A stretch of 64,000 bases of DNA, taken from NCBI RefSeq assembly GCF_902713615.1, contig NC_052154.1:43753306-43817305 (forward strand), read 5' to 3'. This DNA comes from Scyliorhinus canicula (lineage: Eukaryota). This document shows, piece by piece, positions 60,801-64,000 of the stretch. A program made the position numbers and the translations under genes. Under the pieces are notes generated by a model. The model searched no databases. It was not told the origin of the DNA and saw nothing but the letters and a program-made list of their open reading frames with translations. Every line of letters starts with the position of its first letter. The first letter of the stretch is position 1.

Positions 60801-62270
60801 CCTCGAGGAGGTAGTTCCATTCGACTCTATCTTCACATCCTCTTTGGCCACAGATGAGGTTCCATTCGACTGGAAAATGGTCAATGTTATTCCCTTGTTT
60901 AAGAAAGGAAGCAGGGAGAATCCAGCAAATTATAGGCCGGTGAGCCTGACATCAGTGGTGGGGAAGCTTTTGGAAAAGATACCGAGGGACAGGATTATGC
61001 TCATTTGGAGGAAAATGGACTAGTTAGTGACAGGCAGCATGGCTTTGTACGGGGAAGGCCATGTCTCACCAAAAGAGAAAATTCTGGAAAATATCAGCAG
61101 GTCTGGCAGCATCTGTAAGGAGAGAAAAGAGCTAACGTTTCGATTCTAGATGCCCTTTGTCAAAGCTCACCAACTTGATTAAGGTTTTTTTTGAAGAGAT
61201 GAAAAAGAAAATTGGCGTTTGACAAGTTCCCACATGGCACACTGGTGCAAAAACTAAAATCACATGGGATTCGGGGTAGGCTGACTAGTTTGATACAGAA
61301 AACAGAGAATGGGGTGGAAGGGTGTTCTTTGTGGAACACCTCTGCTCAATCCAGAAGCATGACCCTGACCTTCCGCTTGCTGCCATTAGAATTCACCACC
61401 TTGCTCTCAGGCTCACATTTCTGTCCTCGGCCTCCCACTATAGCTAGTGGTGTCCGCAGGGCTTAGTGCTTGGACATCTGTTGTTGTAGTATATATAAAT
61501 GATTCTGGAGGAAAATGTGGATGGTCTGATTGGTAAGTTTGGGATGACACGAAGATTGGCGGAGAGTTGCTGATAGTGCCGAGGTTTGTCAGAGGATACA
61601 ACAGGATATAGATAAATTGGAGACGTAGGCACAGAAATGGCAGATGCAGTTTAATCCGGACAAATGCACGGTGATGCATTTTGGAGGATCAAATCTAGGT
61701 ATGAATTATATTGTAAACGGCTGAACCCTTAAGAATATTAACATAGACAGGGATCTGGCTGTGCAGGTCCACAGTTCCCTAAATGTGGCAACACGGGCGG
61801 CCAAGGTGATTAAGAAGGCATATGGCATGCTTACATTAATCAGCCGGGGCATTGAGTACACGAGTTGGGAAATCATGTTTGCAACTATATAAAACCTTGG
61901 TTAGGCTGCAGTTCTGGTCACCCCATTATCAGAAGGATGTGGAAGATTTGGAGGGAGTGCACAAAAGTCACCAGGATGTTGCCTGGTTTCGAGGGTGTTG
62001 GTTATGAGGTGAGGTTGAATAAACTTGGATTTTTTCACTGGAAAGACGGAGACTGAGGGGAGGAGACCTGATAGAGGTCTACAAAATTATGAGAAGCATA
62101 GATGGGGTGGTTAGCAGATTGTCAAGGATGTGTGGAGCAGGCACATTCGCAACATGTATTGGACGGATACATAAATAGGGAGGAATTAGATGGAAACGGA
62201 CCGAGAAAGGGCAGAGGTTTTTTTTTTTTAGTTAGTGTATCATAATCAGCACAGCCTGGGAAGGCCAGAG
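57840..62270 (+). mobile_element. CR1 ORF2 (RT and 3' end), degraded, host of the L1 insertion
   Basis: FSAYIKSKR...GPLKDNGG; NYRPVSLTSVVGKLLE; AFDK.PHGTLVQK; RGDLIEVYKIM and a 3' tail. Continuous across the L1 TSD. Confidence 0.8.
58567..60828 (-). mobile_element. 5'-truncated L1/Tx1-like LINE with poly(A) tail and 13-bp TSD, nested in a CR1
   Basis: QRGTRQGCP..., LAIEPLA, HRVSLYADDLLL RT motifs and a C-terminal Cys/His region (CERCQMG...H.FWAC). Poly-T on the + strand at about 58568-58579. TSD ATCTTCGCATCCT (58554-58566) / ATCTTCACATCCT (60829-60841). Confidence 0.88.
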
Positions 62271-64000
62271 GGCCTGTTCCTGTGCTGTACTTTTCTTTGT
62301 TCTTTGTCCCTTCAATCCCACCACTGGCAGCCTTGTAGACCCGAAGCAGTTGCCTACCCAATTCTCTCTAGTTTCTCACCTTCTTTAAGAACTTCCAGAA
62401 ATCTGACCTTTGTCCAAACTTCCCTACTGATATCTCCTTCTTTGGCTCTGTGTCAATTTCTGATTGATTACACTTCTATGGAGGTGTTATATAAATACAA
62501 GTTGTTGTTTTATATATAATAACGTGATGCAGGGAGTGCCTCCTGTCTGTTAAAATGTTGTATCAGTTTATGTAAATACTTACACAATCTATTTACTAAA
62601 TGCTTGAAAACTCCAGTCTGAGTAAGTAGCTAAAAGCTGGAAAATAAAAGACTGAAATAAGACCGCTTATTATGTTTGATAATCCTACTTTATCAAAACA
62701 TGGCACTACTTAAGTCTCAAGGGCAGTAATTAAGTTTGAAACGGCTTATAAACGTTACTATATAGATTTTTCTTTACAATTGATGGACCATCATTCTTCA
62801 ACCTTGAGCCCAAAGCGCAAACAGGTGCCTCTAGTTTCAGAATTCATCTATGATTATTAGATTATTATATTAAGAGGGATCAATTCAGAAAAATTCCCAG
62901 TAACACAAGTCCAGTTGTCCGATGAGATAAAGGCAATTATGAGCTTGCTGAAATCTACTGAATCATTTTTGCAAACTGGAGGAGGGAAAGTTAAATATTC
63001 ACCAGCAGCAACACAGGACAATTGACATCTCATTAAAAGAGCATCCATCTGGAATATATTTAAAATCTTAAGTCTGCGAGCAGAATGTAATTTTTCCGTG
63101 TTACAAATGAATGAAATGAAATGAAAATTGCTTATGTCACGAGTAGGCTTCAATGAAGGTACTGTGAAAAGCCCCTAGTCGCCACGTTCGGTGCCTGTTC
63201 GGGGAGGCTGGTACGGGAAATTTCCAATCTCCACATCTATAAGGGGAATTTTCTATATAATTTTCTCACTCTATTGCCAGTTAACAGTTTTCTGGCACAC
63301 CTCAGTTTTTGCACCTCCAGTCCTCCACCCTTCAAAGCAGAGAAATAGGCTGCAGTCAATGCTACATCTCTGCTTTCCAAAGCACGGTATATTCTACTAT
63401 CCTATATAATATTATATTAATTTAATATGGAACATAAGGTCAGAAGATATTAGCTTTTAAAAATGAGGGCTGAATACCTCATATTCCTCTGTCCTCTAAC
63501 CTGTTATCTCAAGACCACGCTTATTTACAATTCCTTCCAATGTTTTTCATTATAAACTCCAATATCTCAATTATAATGAAAATAGCCCTGTAAATCTCAC
63601 AAGCTATCATTATTACTTCACTCAGGGAGATACTAGTGTCATCAGTGGTATGATGGTGCAATAATAATGTGTCACGCTTACAAGATAATTGCCATTATAA
63701 ATGTAGATTATAGAATGCAAATGTAAAAATAAGGACAGAAAGCGGGGACTGGATTAAGTCAGTATATTCTGGTCCAATCATTCCTCCAATAAACCTCACT
63801 TTACCTGAACACCCACAATAAAAGGTGTGTAATTACCAGCATGGCCAAGTATTAATTTTTTTAAAAGTTTGACAAAACAATTGTTGTTTATATACGAGAT
63901 GCAACAGAACAAATTATAAACTACTGAGATAATACCTTAAATAAAGAATGTCCCATGAATCCCAGGCAGAAACGGGGAGAATGCACAAACTCCACACGGA

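Noticed and set aside
53610-64000. Further upstream POP4 exons, including the 62857-63153 ORF
   Set aside because: No segment matching the expected LWKQYIRDLC-type POP4 exon was found. The ORF has no POP4 similarity, so the exons probably lie beyond the window or were missed.

Overview
Vertebrate genomic DNA, most likely from a cartilaginous fish (shark). This is inferred from the repeat content: tRNA-derived SINEs, CR1/L2/RTE/Rex1/Penelope LINE debris, Gypsy LTR elements and CpG-rich Harbinger MITEs. Two host genes lie on the minus strand. (1) The last three coding exons of POP4 (RNase P/MRP subunit p29) at 53609-49605. (2) About 2.8 kb downstream, a 13-coding-exon gene (CDS 46824-3192) assembled by hand from GT-AG sites. 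Its exons join in frame into a 3945-nt CDS (1314 aa): signal peptide - IgV - IgC1 - transmembrane helix - degenerate IgC1 lacking its second Cys - CARD - FISNA-like/NACHT - RI-type LRRs. This predicts a type I membrane receptor with a B7/tapasin-like Ig ectodomain and a complete NOD-like receptor as its cytoplasmic tail. The signal-peptide exon, the TM exon and five of the six LRR exons are not visible as such in the ORF track. The region just upstream carries a triple IRF/ISRE repeat, E-boxes, a PU.1-like site and an octamer. The gene model is a manual prediction, and its novelty was not checked against any database.
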